64,000 nt of DNA from Eledone cirrhosa (taxonomy: Eukaryota), in NCBI GenBank assembly GCA_964016885.1, contig OZ024740.1, positions 36,146,001 to 36,210,000 of the forward strand. The letters run 5' to 3'. Position 1 is the stretch's first letter; each line of letters starts with the position of its first letter. Shown here in pieces: positions 1-14,100 of the stretch. The notes under the pieces are model-generated. The model did not search any database. It saw only the letters and a list, made by a program, of their open reading frames with translations, and was not told where the DNA came from. The position numbers were made by a program, and so were the translations under genes.

Positions 1-614
<614 letters not shown>

Positions 615-752
615 GCCTGCCCGCCCAGCCAGTGGGATGGTGTTATCTTATGCCTAAAACAGCACGACGTGCTGTGGCCAACGGCGCCGATTGGCGCGCG
701 ACAGACTGGTCGGTCAAGGTGATCAAGGTGATATATATATATATGTATATAT

Positions 753-834
753 ATAACCCTATCAGCTGGTATATATATAACCCTATCAGCTGGTATATAC
801 AACCTTATCAGCTGGTATATATAGCCATATCAGC

Positions 835-835
<1 letters not shown>
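753..835 (+). repeat. 22-24 bp minisatellite ATAACCCTATCAGCTGGTATAT (~4 units), left arm of an inverted pair
   Basis: Tandem units are visible, and the reverse-complement array lies at 2555-2722. Confidence 0.9.
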
Positions 836-871
<36 letters not shown>

Positions 872-877
872 TATCAG

Positions 878-917
<40 letters not shown>

Positions 918-1641
918 TAAAACCTGTCTATAGAATCAATCAGATATTAAAATATATACTATTTCTTCTTCTAGTCAGCATAATTAACCATATACATAAT
1001 CAAATCCAGCAAGCTTTAAGAGTAAATTTTCTAACGGGGAAATCTCCGACAAACAATTGATCGCAGCTAGTTCGCGTTAACTCCGTTCCATTATTTATCA
1101 AACACTTCGGCAGCATGCAGAATCCGATCAAATATATCGTCAACCGCACGTAATTAGTAGTAAAATTAAACTTAGAAGAAATACGCACATACCGTAATTA
1201 TATCTCTACCATGGTTTCTTCCTTGTTTAGGACATCCAAATAATATGGACTTGCCCAGAGTCAGGTTATCATCAGGAGATAAACTCAGAAATAGACATTT
1301 AATTTCTCAGACCGACCCCGCCAAATTTAGATTCAAAAATGGCTAAGATCGCTATGTAGCTGTGTACCAGCCAGAGAGAAAGAGTGTGATTGGTCGCTTA
1401 CGGCGGGTAGGCATGCTGCTAGAAAGCGCAGCCATATATCGCCAAATTTAATCTCAACCGATAGGGAGATTATTAAATATAGAGGTTATCACATACATAA
1501 AATTAAATTAAATTAAATCAAGGATACATATATGTGTTGCAACTGTTCACTTTTAAGCTCAATGAAGAATTAATAAGTTAAAATCAATAAATCAGAGCAT
1601 TATATCATAATAACCTCTCTCTATATATATGATATAACCTC

Positions 1642-2026
<385 letters not shown>

Positions 2027-2130
2027 GAAATACGTCCCTTCACGCACAAGGCGCCAAGGTACGCATGTATTGTCCAACCAAGTGCCAGTGTGGTTCAATG
2101 GCGGGTTAATAAATTAACGAGCCAGAACAA

Positions 2131-2226
2131 ATATAAACAAGGTTTAGTAAATAATGAAAAAGTTTCAAAATAAATTTTAAAAATTATTTTGAAACTTTTT
2201 CATTATTTACTAAACCTTGTTTATAT
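2131..2226. repeat. Perfect 43-bp inverted repeat (hairpin) with 10-nt spacer
   Basis: ATATAAACAAGGTTTAGTAAATAATGAAAAAGTTTCAAAATAA at 2131-2173 and its exact reverse complement at 2184-2226. Confidence 0.95.
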
Positions 2227-2249
2227 GTATATATATATATATGTATATA

Positions 2250-2330
<81 letters not shown>

Positions 2331-2343
2331 GTATATATATATG

Positions 2344-2380
<37 letters not shown>

Positions 2381-2393
2381 GTATATATATATG

Positions 2394-2478
<85 letters not shown>

Positions 2479-2515
2479 GTATATATATATGTATATATAT
2501 ATATATATGTATATA

Positions 2516-2554
<39 letters not shown>
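2227..2554. repeat. (TA)n microsatellite with TG interruptions
   Basis: Read directly. Confidence 0.97.
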
Positions 2555-2559
<5 letters not shown>

Positions 2560-2722
2560 AGCTGATATGGTTATATATACCAGCTGATAGGGTTATATAT
2601 ACCCGCTGATAGGGTTATATATACCAGCTGATAGGGTTTTATATATACCAGCTGATAGTGTTATATATACCAGCTGATAGGGTATTATATACCAGCTGAT
2701 AAGGTTATATATACCAGCTGAT
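2555..2722 (-). repeat. 22-bp minisatellite ATACCAGCTGATAGGGTTATAT (~8 units), right arm of the inverted pair
   Basis: Reverse complement of the 753-835 units. Confidence 0.92.
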
Positions 2723-3018
2723 AGAGAAGCATTCCTTGGCCTTAACCATGAGCTATTTATCTGTCTATTTGTAGGTAGGCCTTCGTTGCAGGATTTTATC
2801 TAGTTGTTCCCTCTCAGAAATATCAGTACAACACCATGGAAAGTACAATCAGGTACACATCAAGATCCTGAGCTATTCTTAAATTCTAATCCTAGTCCGA
2901 ACATTTACAAACGGAATAACCTCTGCTAAAGACACTCAAATCAAAGCAGACAGAGTGCTAGACATACCTTGTTGCAAACCTGGGTTTATTATGTACCAGT
3001 AATTCGGTGGTTTATTGT

Positions 3019-3216
3019 GGTTCAGTAATAATTGTTTCTACTTTTGGCACAAGGCCAGCAATTACCCAGTACATTACTGGTACTTTATTTTATCGACCCC
3101 GTAAGGATGAAAGGCAAAGTTAACCTCGGCGGGATTTGAACTCAGATCGCAAGGGGATGTAACTATGCTGAAAAGAATGTCTAACCCTCTACCGATACTG
3201 CCGGTTCAGTAATAAT
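3019..3216 (-). mobile_element. tRNA-derived SINE with 14-bp target-site duplication
   Basis: B-box-like GAGTTCAAATCCC, central GCCTTTCATCCTTACGGGGTCGATAAAATAAAGTACCAG and an ATT-type tail on the minus strand. TSD GGTTCAGTAATAAT at 3019-3032 and 3203-3216. Paralogues at 3478-3670 and 61346-61478. Confidence 0.9.
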
Positions 3217-3477
3217 GAAGTTTATTGTGGTACCAGTAATACAGAGGTTTGTTTTGACTTAGCTGGACGTTTGGGATTCGAATGAAGGGTCTTTGAACGG
3301 AGGTAGGTACAGATTGGAAGTAAGGCTGAAGTTTATCAGACTAGAGGGTGGTTGATAGGAATAGGATGGGGTATTTTAAGGCAATATTTATAAAATCTAA
3401 CGCATCCCCCTAATATATTCAACAGCATTTAATGAATCATTTATTATAACAGTACAATGCATTATTATCCAAGTGAA

Positions 3478-3670
3478 AGGCGGTGAATTGGCAGTATCGG
3501 TAGAGGGTCGGACGCCATGCTTTCCAGCATAGTTACATCCTTTTTCGGTCTGAGTTCAAATCCCGTCGAGGTTAACTTTGCCCTTCATCCTTACGGGGTC
3601 GATAAAATAAAGTACCAGTAATGCACTGAGTAATTGCTGGCCTTGTACCAAAAGTAGAAACAATTATTAT
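3478..3670 (+). mobile_element. tRNA-derived SINE (same family)
   Basis: Head GGCGGTGAATTGGCAGTATCGG, B-box-like GAGTTCAAATCCC, end AGAAACAATTATTAT. Imperfect TSD ATTATTAT(C/G)CAAGT(T)GAAAG at 3461-3479 and 3663-3682. Confidence 0.9.
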
Positions 3671-3949
3671 GCAAGTTGAAAGTAATTATTTTCTACACAA
3701 TTGTTCTCATAAGCAATTAAAATAACCAGTAACTTATTTACAAATTTATTTTGAATCAATGAATGTGAATAGAACTGATTACTGCAAAAATAAAACAAAC
3801 AAACAAACAAAAAACAAAAACCAAAAAAATGAAAACCAAAAAAAAAATCGGGAAATGTGATGCATTTAATGGAAACGTCATGAAATCTATACATTCTAAC
3901 GGCAATACTGAACCTGATAACGAAGTTTAAACTCTTAATTGTTTATGGT

Positions 3950-4560
3950 CTATTTTGCTAAAGCCTTGTTAAAACGTTCAATTGAAATTCTCCCGAAACA
4001 TGTTTTACTTTTCCAAACATGTTGCTCAAAAGATACTCTTCTATGGTTGCATAAATGTAGCTGCAGTAGGGTACTCATATCCATGATAACTGAAGATATT
4101 GTTGAAGACTTTATGCCTGGTAAGCAATTAAGACCTAGAAATTTTGCATTGGTTACCAAGCGTTGGTCAACCCAACGAATACACAACATAAATTGTCCCT
4201 TGCTAGATGCACTGGAAATAATTAAAAACTAGTTTGGGCTTACTTAATCTAATAAATATCTGAGAAGTCAACCAATATACAACATAACTAACTTTCTATA
4301 TCGAGCTTCAGATATTTATTTGCACCAGCTTTGTTAAGCCACCTCAAAAGATTGCCATCATTTTTCTCTTAGAAATGCTATTAGATTATACAAACTATAT
4401 AAGTCTTCTACATTTCTTTACAGGACTGTTCTTTGTGAGCAAAGGATGAACAAGATTCAATAATTTTGTGTATTTTATTGTAATTTCATGCAACAATTCA
4501 CTAACTCTATAACAATTCGGATCACCATATCCACTTGTTTTGGTAAAATTAAAGTTCATT
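3950..4560 (-). pseudogene. Degraded hAT-superfamily (ZMYM1-like) transposase fragment
   Basis: Minus-strand translation ASSKGQFMLCIRWVDQRLVTNAKFLGLNCLPGIKSSTISSVIMDM resembles the hAT/ZMYM1 pattern SNKEQL..CIRWVD...EDFLGL..LP...I..VIKD. Upstream CSQRTVL*RNVED resembles ARQGLALRGH. Many stops. Confidence 0.6.
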
Positions 4561-4759
4561 GATTGATATAGTTGAGTTTCAGAGGCAAACCTGACTCAGT
4601 TTTAATTTCTATTAAAAATAACACTTAATAGTTATTGCTCAGTTAAAGAGTAGAAAACGACACAATTAGAGATGCTTTGCGTGGATAAAATTAATTTCTC
4701 TATAAATTAACCAGAAGGTCATATTAATTATGGAGATACTTCGTTTCAACACGTCGCAT

Positions 4760-5176
4760 AGCAAACGATGTAGTATAATGAAGATATATATTAGTTTAAC
4801 ACTTAATATAGTAGGAAAAAGTCTTAACCTTTCGGATGATAGTCCTTCATCAGAAGATAGAATAAGAAATAAAAGAGGAAATAGAAAGATACAGAAGAGT
4901 GAGAAGAAGAAACGGAAAATAATTGTGGGGAGAAAAAGCACATATATATCAATGCTCACTCACACAAATTATATCTCTTATACTCACTAGAGTAGGAGAT
5001 ACAAAAGGACGAGTTCAAAAGAATAATGGTGGTGGTGGTGCCGGGTTCAAATGAAAAGGGGACTACAAAGAGATGGTTAAAATCTAAACAGACGTTGTTT
5101 TATAAGGATATATTTTATATCCATGGTGGATAGGATTTATGAAGCTGTAGGAAGGAAGGAGGGAAAAAGATGAGAA
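4760..5176 (-). mobile_element. Penelope-like element remnant: decayed GIY-YIG C-terminus plus pseudo-LTR
   Basis: Minus strand reads KQRLFRF*PSLCSPLFI* (~5049-5102), resembling the PLE terminus EQRLIF..G.L.P.GLN..F.FI*. It is followed by a pyrimidine-rich tract and a hammerhead core. Recognised by eye. Confidence 0.6.
4822..4857 (-). ncRNA. Minimal type I hammerhead ribozyme motif (PLE-type), probably mutated
   Basis: 5'-TCTT CTGATGA A GGA ctatca TCC GAAA GGTT AAGA-3'. It has the CUGAUGA and GAAA cores, stem II GGA/TCC and stem I TCTT/AAGA. The usual GAAACGTT palindrome reads GAAAGGTT here. Confidence 0.7.
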
Positions 5177-8100
5177 AGTTAAGGCCTTGGATAATATTAT
5201 TGATAGGTGAGGACGAGATAGAGGTAAGCAGTGACAGTTAAGGTCTTGGTTAATATTGTTGATAGGTGAGGACGAGATAGAGGTAAGCAGTGACAGTTAA
5301 GGTCTTGGTTAAAATTATTGATAGGTGAGGACGAGATAGAGGCAAGCAGTGACAGTAAAGGCCTTGGATAATATTGTTGATAGGTGAGGACGAGATAGAG
5401 GTAAGCAGTGACAGTTAAGGTCTTGGTTAATATTGTTGATAGGTGAGGACGAGATAGAGGTAAGCAGTGACAGTTAAGGTCTTGGTTAATATTGTTGATA
5501 GGTGAGGACGAGATAGGGGTAAGCAGTGACAGTTAAGGTCTTGGTTAAAATTATTGATAGGTGAGGACGAGATAGAGGTAAGCAGTGACAGTTAAGGTCT
5601 TGGTTAAAATTATTGATAGGTGAGGACGAGATAGAGGCAAGCAGTGACAGTTAAGGTCTTGGTTAATATTGTTGATAGGTGAGGACGAGATAGGGGTAAG
5701 CAGTGACAGTTAAGGTCTTGGTTAAAATTATTGATAGGTGAGGACGAGATAGAGGCTAGCAGTGACAGTTAAGGTCTTGGTTAATATTATTGATAGGTGA
5801 GGACGAGATAGAGGCAAGCAGTGACAGTTAAGGTCTTGGTTAAAATTATTGATAGGTGAGGACGAGATAGAGGCAAGCAGTGACAGTTAAGGTCTTGGTT
5901 AAAATTATTGATAGGTGAGGACGAGATAGAGGCAAGCAGTGACAGTTAAGGTCTTGGTTAATATTATTGATAGGTGAGGACGAGATAGAGGCAAGCAGTG
6001 ACAGTTAAGGTCTTGGTTAATATTGTTGATAGGTGAGGACGAGATAGAGGTAAGCAGTGACAGTTAAGGTCTTGTTTAAAATTATTGATAGGTGAGGACG
6101 AGATAGAGGCAAGCAGTGACAGTTAAGGTCTTGGTTAATATTATTGATAGGTGAGGACGAGATAGAGGCAAGCAGTGACAGTTAAGGTCTTGGTTAATAT
6201 TATTGATAGGTGAGGACGAGATAGAAGCAAGAAGTGACAGTTAAGGTCTTGGTTAATATTGTTGATAGGTGAGGATGAGATAGAGGCAAGCAGTGACAGT
6301 TAAGGTCTTCGTTAATATTGTTGATAGGTGAGGACGAGATAGAGGTAAGCAGTGACAGTTAAGGTCTTGGATAATATTATTGATAGGTGAGGACAAGATA
6401 GAGGCAAGCAGTGACAGTTAAGGTCTTGGTTAATATTATTGATAAGTGAGGACGAGCTAGAGGCAAGCAGTGACAGTTAAGGTCTTGGTTAATATTGGTC
6501 TTGGTTAATATTATTGATAGGTGGGGACGAGATAAAGGCAAGCAATGACAGTTAAGGTCTTCGTTAATATTATTGATATGTGAGGACGAGATAGAGGCAA
6601 GCAGTGACAGTTAAGATCTTGGTATTATTATTGATAGGTGAGGACGAGATAGAGGTAAGCAGTGACAGTTAAGGTCTTGGTTAATATTATTGATAGGTGA
6701 GGACGAGATAGAGGCAAGCAGTGACAGTTAATGTCTTGGTTAATATTGTTGATAGGTGAGGACGAGCTAGAGGCAAGCAGTGACAGTTAAGGTCTTGGTT
6801 AATATTATTGATAGGTGAGGACGAGATAGAGGCAAGCAGTGACAGTTAAGGTCTTGGTTAATATTATTGATAGGTGAAGACGAGATAGAGGCAAGCAGTG
6901 ACAGTTAAGGTCTTGGTTAATATTGTTGATAGGTGAGGACGAGATAGAGGCAAGCAGTGACAGTTAAGTTCTTGGATAATATTATTGATAGGTGAGAACG
7001 AGATAGAGGCAAGCAGTGACAGTTAAGGTCTTGGTTAATATTGTTGATAGGTGAGGACGAGATAGAGGCAAGCAGTGATAGTTAAGGTCTTGGTTAATAT
7101 TGTTGATAGGTGAGGACGAGATAGAGGCAAGCAGTGACAGTTAACGTCTTGGTTAATATTATTGATAAGTGAGGACGAGCTAGAGGCAAGCAGTGACAGT
7201 TAAGGTCTTGATTAATATTATTGATAGGTGAGGACGAGACAGAGGCAAGCAGTGACAGTTAAGGTCTTGGTTAATATTATTGATAATTGAGGACGTGATA
7301 GAGGCAAGCAGTGACAGTTAAGGTGTTGGTTAATATTGTTGATAGGTGAGGACGAGATAGAGGCAAGCAGTGACAGTTAAGGTGTTGGTTAATATTGTTG
7401 ATAGGTGGGGACGAGATAGAGGGAAGCAGTGACAGTTAAGGTCTTGGTATTATTGTTGATAGGTGAGGACGAGATAGAAGCAAGCAGTGACAGTTAAGGT
7501 CTTGGTTAATATTGTTGATAGGTGAGGACGAGATAGAGGCAAGCAGTGACAGTTAAGGTCTTGGTATTATTGTTGATAGGTGAGGACGAGATAGAAGCAA
7601 GCAGTGACAGTTAAGGTCTTGGTTAATATTATTGATATGTGAGGACGAGATAGAGGCAAGCAGTGACAGTTAAGGTCTTGGTTAATATTATTGATAGGTG
7701 AGGACGCGATAGAGGCAAGCAGTGACAGTTAAGGTCTTGGTATTATTATTGATAGGTGAGGACGAGATAGAAGCAAGCAGTGACAGTTAAGGTCTTGGTT
7801 AATATTATTGATAGGCGAGGACGAGATAGAGGCAAGCAGTGACAGTTAAGGTCTTGGTTAATATTATTGATAGGTGAGGACGAGATAGAAGCAAGCAGTG
7901 ACAGTTAAGGTCTTGGTTAATATTATTGATAGGTGAGGAGGAGATAGAGGCAAGCAGTGACAGTAAACCTCTTGGTTAATATTGTTGATAGGTGAGGAAG
8001 AGATAGAGGTAAGCAGTGACAGTTAAGGTCTTGGTTAATATTGTTGATAGGTGAGGACGAGATAGACGCAAGCAGTGACAGCTAAGTTCTTGGTTAATAT

Positions 8101-11100
8101 TGTTGATAGTTGGGGACGAGATAGAGGCCAGCAGTGACAGTTAAGGTCTTGGTTAATATTATTGATAGGTGAGGACGAGATAGAGGCAAGCAGTGACAGT
8201 TAAGGTCTTGGTTAATATTATTGATAGGTGAGGACGAGATAGAGGCAAGCAGTGACAGTTAAGGTCTTGGTTAATATTGTTGATAGGTGGGGACGAGATA
8301 GAGGCAAGCAGTGACAGTTAAGGTCTTGGTTAATATTATTGATAAGTGAGGACGAGCTAGAGGCAAGCAGTGACAGTTAAGGTCTTGGTTAATATTATAG
8401 ATAAGTGAGGACGACATAGAGGCCAGCAGTGACAGTTAAGGTCTTGGTTAATATTATTGATAGGTGGAGACTAAATAGAGGCAAGCAGTGACAGTTAAGG
8501 TCTTGGTTAATATTATTGATAAGTGAGGACGAGCTAGAGGCAAGCAGTGACAGTTAAGGTCTTGGTTAATATTATTGATAGGTGAGGACGACATAGAGGC
8601 AAGCAGTGACAGTTAAGGTCTTGTATAATATTGGTCTTGGTTAATATTGTTGATAGGTGGGGACGAGATAGAGGCAAGCAGTGACAGTTAAGGTCTTGGT
8701 TAATATTGTTGATAGGTGAGGACGAGATAGAGGGAAGCAGTGACAGTTAAGGTCTTGGTTAATATTATTGATAGGTGAGGAGGAGATAGAGGCAAGCAGT
8801 GACAGTTAACCTCTTCGTTAATATTGTTGATAGGTGAGGAAGAGATAGAGGTAAGCAGTGACAGTTAAGGTCTTGGTTAATATTGTTGATAGGTGGGGAC
8901 GAGATAGAGGCAAGCAGTGACAGTTAAGGTCTTGGTATTATTGGTGATAGGTGAGGACGAGATAGAGGCAAGCAGTGACAGTTAAGGTCTTGGTTAATAT
9001 TATTGATAAGTGAGGACGAGCTAGAGGCAAGCAGTGACAGTTAAGGTCTTGGTTAATATTATAGATAAGTGAGGACGACATAGAGGCCAGCAGTGACAGT
9101 TAAGGTCTTGGTTAATATTATTGATAGGTGGAGACTAAATAGAGGCAAGCAGTGACAGTTAAGGTCTTGGTTAATATTATTGATAAGTGAGGACGAGCTA
9201 GAGGCAAGCAGTGACAGTTAAGGTCTTGGTTAATATTATTGATAGGTGAGGACGACATAGAGGCAAGCAGTGACAGTTAAGGTCTTGTATAATATTGGTC
9301 TTGGTTAATATTGTTGATAGGTGGGGACGAGATAGAGGCAAGCAGTGACAGTTAAGGTCTTGGTTAATATTGTTGATAGGTGAGGACGAGATAGAGGGAA
9401 GCAGTGACAGTTAAGGTCTTGGTTAATATTATTGATAGGTGAGGAGGAGATAGAGGCAAGCAGTGACAGTTAACCTCTTCGTTAATATTGTTGATAGGTG
9501 AGGAAGAGATAGAGGTAAGCAGTGACAGTTAAGGTCTTGGTTAATATTGTTGATAGGTGGGGACGAGATAGAGGCAAGCAGTGACAGTTAAGGTCTTGGT
9601 ATTATTGGTGATAGGTGAGGACGAGATAGAGGCAAGCAGTGACAGTTAAGGTCTTGGTTAATATTATTGATAGGTGAGGACGAGATAGAGGCAAGCAGTG
9701 ATAGTTAAGGTCTTGGTTAATATTATTGATAGGTGAGGACGAGATAGAATCAAGCAGTGACAGTTAAGGTCTTGGTTAATATTATTGATAGGCGAGGACG
9801 AGATAGAGGCAAGCAGTGACAGTTAAGGTCTTGGTTAATATTATTGATAGGTGAGGACGAGATAGAAGCAAGCAGTGACAGTTAAGGTCTTGGTTAATAT
9901 TATTGATAGGTGAGGAGGAGATAGAGGCAAGCAGTGACAGTTAACCTCTTGATTAATATTGTTGATAGGTGAGGAAGAGATAGAGGTAAGCAGTGACAGT
10001 TAAGGTCTTGGTTAATATTGTTGATAGGTGAGGACGAGATAGAGGCAAGCAGTGACAGTTAAGGTCTTGGTTAATATTGTTGATAGGTGAGGACGAGATA
10101 GAGGCAAGCAGTGACAGTTAAGGTCTTGGTTAATATTGCTGATAGGTGACGACGAGATAGAGGCAAGCAGTGACAGTTAAGGTCTTCATTAATATTGTTG
10201 ATAGGTGAGGACGAGATAGAAGCAAGCAGTGACAGTTAAGGTCTTGGTTAATATTGTTGATATGTGAGGACGAGATAGAGGCAAGCAGTGACAGTTAAGG
10301 TCTTGGTTAATATTGTTGATAGGTGAGGACGAGATAGAGGTAAGCAGTGACAGTTAAGGTCTTGGTATTATTATTGATAGGTGAGGACGAGATAGAAGCA
10401 AGCAGTGATAGTTAAGGTCTTGGTTAATATTGTTGATAGGTGAGGACGAGATAGAGGCAAGCAGTGACAGTTAAGGTCTTGGTTAATATTGTTGATAGGT
10501 TGGGACGAGATAGAGGCAAGCAGTGACAGTTAAGGTCTTGGTTAATATTATTGATAAGTGAGGACGAGCTAGAGGCAAGCAGTGACAGTTAAGGTCTTGG
10601 TTAATATTATTGATAGGTGGGGACGAGATAGAGGCAAGCAGTGACAGTTAAGGTCTTGGTTAATATTAATGATAGGTGAGGACGAGATAGAGGCAAGCAT
10701 TGACAGTTAAGGTCTTGGTTAATATTATTGATAGGTGGGGACGAGATAGAGGCAATCAGTGACAGTTAAGGGCTTGGTTAATATTATTGATAGGTGAGGA
10801 CGAGATAGAGGCAAGCAGTGACAGTTAAGGTCTTGGTATTATTATTGATAGGTGAGGACAAGATAGAGGCAAGCAGTGACAGTTAAGGTCTTGGTTAATA
10901 TTGTTGATAGGTGAGGTCGAGATAGAGGCAAGCAGTGATAGTTAGGTCTTGGTTAATATTGTTGATAGGTGGGGACGAGATAGAGGCAAGCAGTGACAGT
11001 TAAGGTCTTGGTTAATATTATTGATAAGTGAGGACGAGCTAGAGGCAAGCAGTGACAGTTAACCTCTTGATTAATATTGTTGATAGGTGAGGACGAGATA

Positions 11101-14100
11101 GAGGCAAGCAGTGACAGTTAAGGTCTTGGTTAATATTGTTGATAGGTGAGGACGAGATAGAGGCAAGCAGTGACAGTTAAGGTCTTGGTTAATATTGTTG
11201 ATAGGTGAGGACGAGATAGAGGCAAGCAGTGACAGTTAAGGTCTTGGTTAATATTATTGATAAGTGAGGACGAGCTAGAGGCAAGCAGTGACAGTTAAGG
11301 TCTTGATTAATATTATTGATAGGTGAGGACGAGACAGAGGCAAGCAGTGACAGTTAAGGTCTTGGTTAATATTATTGATAATTGAGGACGTGATAGAGGC
11401 AAGCAGTGACAGTTAAGGTGTTGGTTAATATTGTTGATAGGTGAGGACGAGATAGAGGCAAGCAGTGACAGTTAAGGTGTTGGTTAATATTGTTGATAGG
11501 TGGGGACGAGATAGAGGGAAGCAGTGACAGTTAAGGTCTTGGTATTATTGTTGATAGGTGAGGACGAGATAGAAGCAAGCAGTGACAGTTAAGGTCTTGG
11601 TTAATATTGTTGATAGGTGAGGACGAGATAGAGGCAAGCAGTGACAGTTAAGGTCTTGGTATTATTGTTGATAGGTGAGGACGAGATAGAAGCAAGCAGT
11701 GACAGTTAAGGTCTTGGTTAATATTATTGATAGGTGAGGACGAGATAGAGGCAAGCAGTGACAGTTAAGGTCTTGGTTAATATTATTGATAGGTGAGGAC
11801 GCGATAGAGGCAAGCAGTGACAGTTAAGGTCTTGGTATTATTATTGATAGGTGAGGACGAGATAGAAGCAAGCAGTGACAGTTAAGGTCTTGGTTAATAT
11901 TATTGATAGGCGAGGACGAGATAGAGGCAAGCAGTGACAGTTAAGGTCTTGGTTAATATTATTGATAGGTGAGGACGAGATAGAAGCAAGCAGTGACAGT
12001 TAAGGTCTTGGTTAATATTATTGATAGGTGAGGAGGAGATAGAGGCAAGCAGTGACAGTAAACCTCTTGGTTAATATTGTTGATAGGTGAGGAAGAGATA
12101 GAGGTAAGCAGTGACAGTTAAGGTCTTGGTTAATATTGTTGATAGGTGAGGACGAGATAGACGCAAGCAGTGACAGCTAAGTTCTTGGTTAATATTGTTG
12201 ATAGTTGGGGACGAGATAGAGGCCAGCAGTGACAGTTAAGGTCTTGGTTAATATTATTGATAGGTGAGGACGAGATAGAGGCAAGCAGTGACAGTTAAGG
12301 TCTTGGTTAATATTATTGATAGGTGAGGACGAGATAGAGGCAAGCAATGACAGTTAAGGTCTTGGTTAATATTGTTGATAGGTGGGGACGAGATAGAGGC
12401 AAGCAGTGACAGTTAAGGTCTTGGTTAATATTATTGATAAGTGAGGACGAGCTAGAGGCAAGCAGTGACAGTTAAGGTCTTGGTTAATATTATAGATAAG
12501 TGAGGACGACATAGAGGCCAGCAGTGACAGTTAAGGTCTTGGTTAATATTATTGATAGGTGGAGACTAAATAGAGGCAAGCAGTGACAGTTAAGGTCTTG
12601 GTTAATATTATTGATAAGTGAGGACGAGCTAGAGGCAAGCAGTGATAGTTAAGGTCTTGGTTAATATTATTGATAGGTGAGGACGACATAGAGGCAAGCA
12701 GTGACAGTTAAGGTCTTGTATAATATTGGTCTTGGTTAATATTGTTGATAGGTGGGGACGAGATAGAGGCAAGCAGTGACAGTTAAGGTCTTGGTTAATA
12801 TTGTTGATAGGTGAGGACGAGATAGAGGGAAGCAGTGACAGTTAAGGTCTTGGTTAATATTATTGATAGGTGAGGAGGAGATAGAGGCAAGCAGTGACAG
12901 TTAACCTCTTGGTTAATATTGTTGATAGGTGAGGAAGAGATAGAGGTAAGCAGTGACAGTTAAGGTCTTGGTTAATATTGTTGATAGGGGGGGACGAGAT
13001 AGAGGCAAGCAGTGACAGTTAAGGTCTTGGTATTATTGGTGATAGGTGAGGACGAGATAGAGGCAAGCAGTGACAGTTAAGGTCTTGGTTAATATTATTG
13101 ATAGGTGAGGACGAGATAGAGGCAAGCAGTGATAGTTAAGGTCTTGGTTAATATTATTGATAGGTGAGGACGAGATAGAATCAAGCAGTGACAGTTAAGG
13201 TCTTGGTTAATATTATTGATAGGCGAGGACGAGATAGAGGCAAGCAGTGACAGTTAAGGTCTTGGTTAATATTATTGATAGGTGAGGACGAGATAGAAGC
13301 AAGCAGTGACAGTTAAGGTCTTGGTTAATATTATTGATAGGTGAGGAGGAGATAGAGGCAAGCAGTGACAGTTAACCTCTTGATTAATATTGTTGATAGG
13401 TGAGGAAGAGATAGAGGTAAGCAGTGACAGTTAAGGTCTTGGTTAATATTATTGATAGGTCAGGACGAGATAGAAGCAAGCAGTGACAGTTAAGGTCTTG
13501 GTTAATATTATTGATAGGTGAGGAGGAGATAGAGGCAAGCAGTGACAGTTAACCTCTTGATTAATATTGTTGATAGGTGAGGACGAGATAGAGGCAAGCA
13601 GTGACAGTTAAGGTCTTGGTTAATATTGTTGATAGGTGAGGACGAGATAGAATCAAGCAGTGACAGTTAAGGTCTTGGTTAATATTATTGATAGGCGAGG
13701 ACGAGATAGAGGCAAGCAGTGACAGTTAAGGTCTTGGTTAATATTATTGATAGGTGAGGACGAGATAGAAGCAAGCAGTGACAGTTAAGGTCTTGGTTAA
13801 TATTATTGATAGGTGAGGAGGAGATAGAGGCAAGCAGTGACAGTTAACCTCTTGATTAATATTGTTGATAGGTGAGGAAGAGATAGAGGTAAGCAGTGAC
13901 AGTTAAGGTCTTGGTTAATATTGTTGATAGGTGAGGACGAGATAGAGGCAAGCAGTGACAGTTAAGGTCTTGGTTAATATTGTTGATAGGTGAGGACGAG
14001 ATAGAGGCAAGCAGTGACAGTTAAGGTCTTGGTTAATATTGCTGATAGGTGACGACGAGATAGAGGCAAGCAGTGACAGTTAAGGTCTTCATTAATATTG

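Noticed and set aside
613-731. GC-rich island between (TA)n tracts as an ncRNA or exon
   Set aside because: No recognisable motif and no second copy in the window. Probably a repeat fragment, but unassignable.
3478-3570. tRNA gene
   Set aside because: The A/B-box-like motifs belong to a SINE head with body, tail and TSD, and no complete cloverleaf is evident.
4666-4990. Hydrophobic or Lys-rich small ORFs as host genes
   Set aside because: They arise from the purine/pyrimidine-skewed pLTR sequence, with no splice or domain support.
5200-5225. Hammerhead ribozyme in each satellite monomer (GTGAGGACGA recalls CUGAUGAGUCCGUGAGGACGAAA)
   Set aside because: There is no CTGATGA core, no GTCC to form stem II, and GAGA replaces GAAA. 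The similarity is coincidental.
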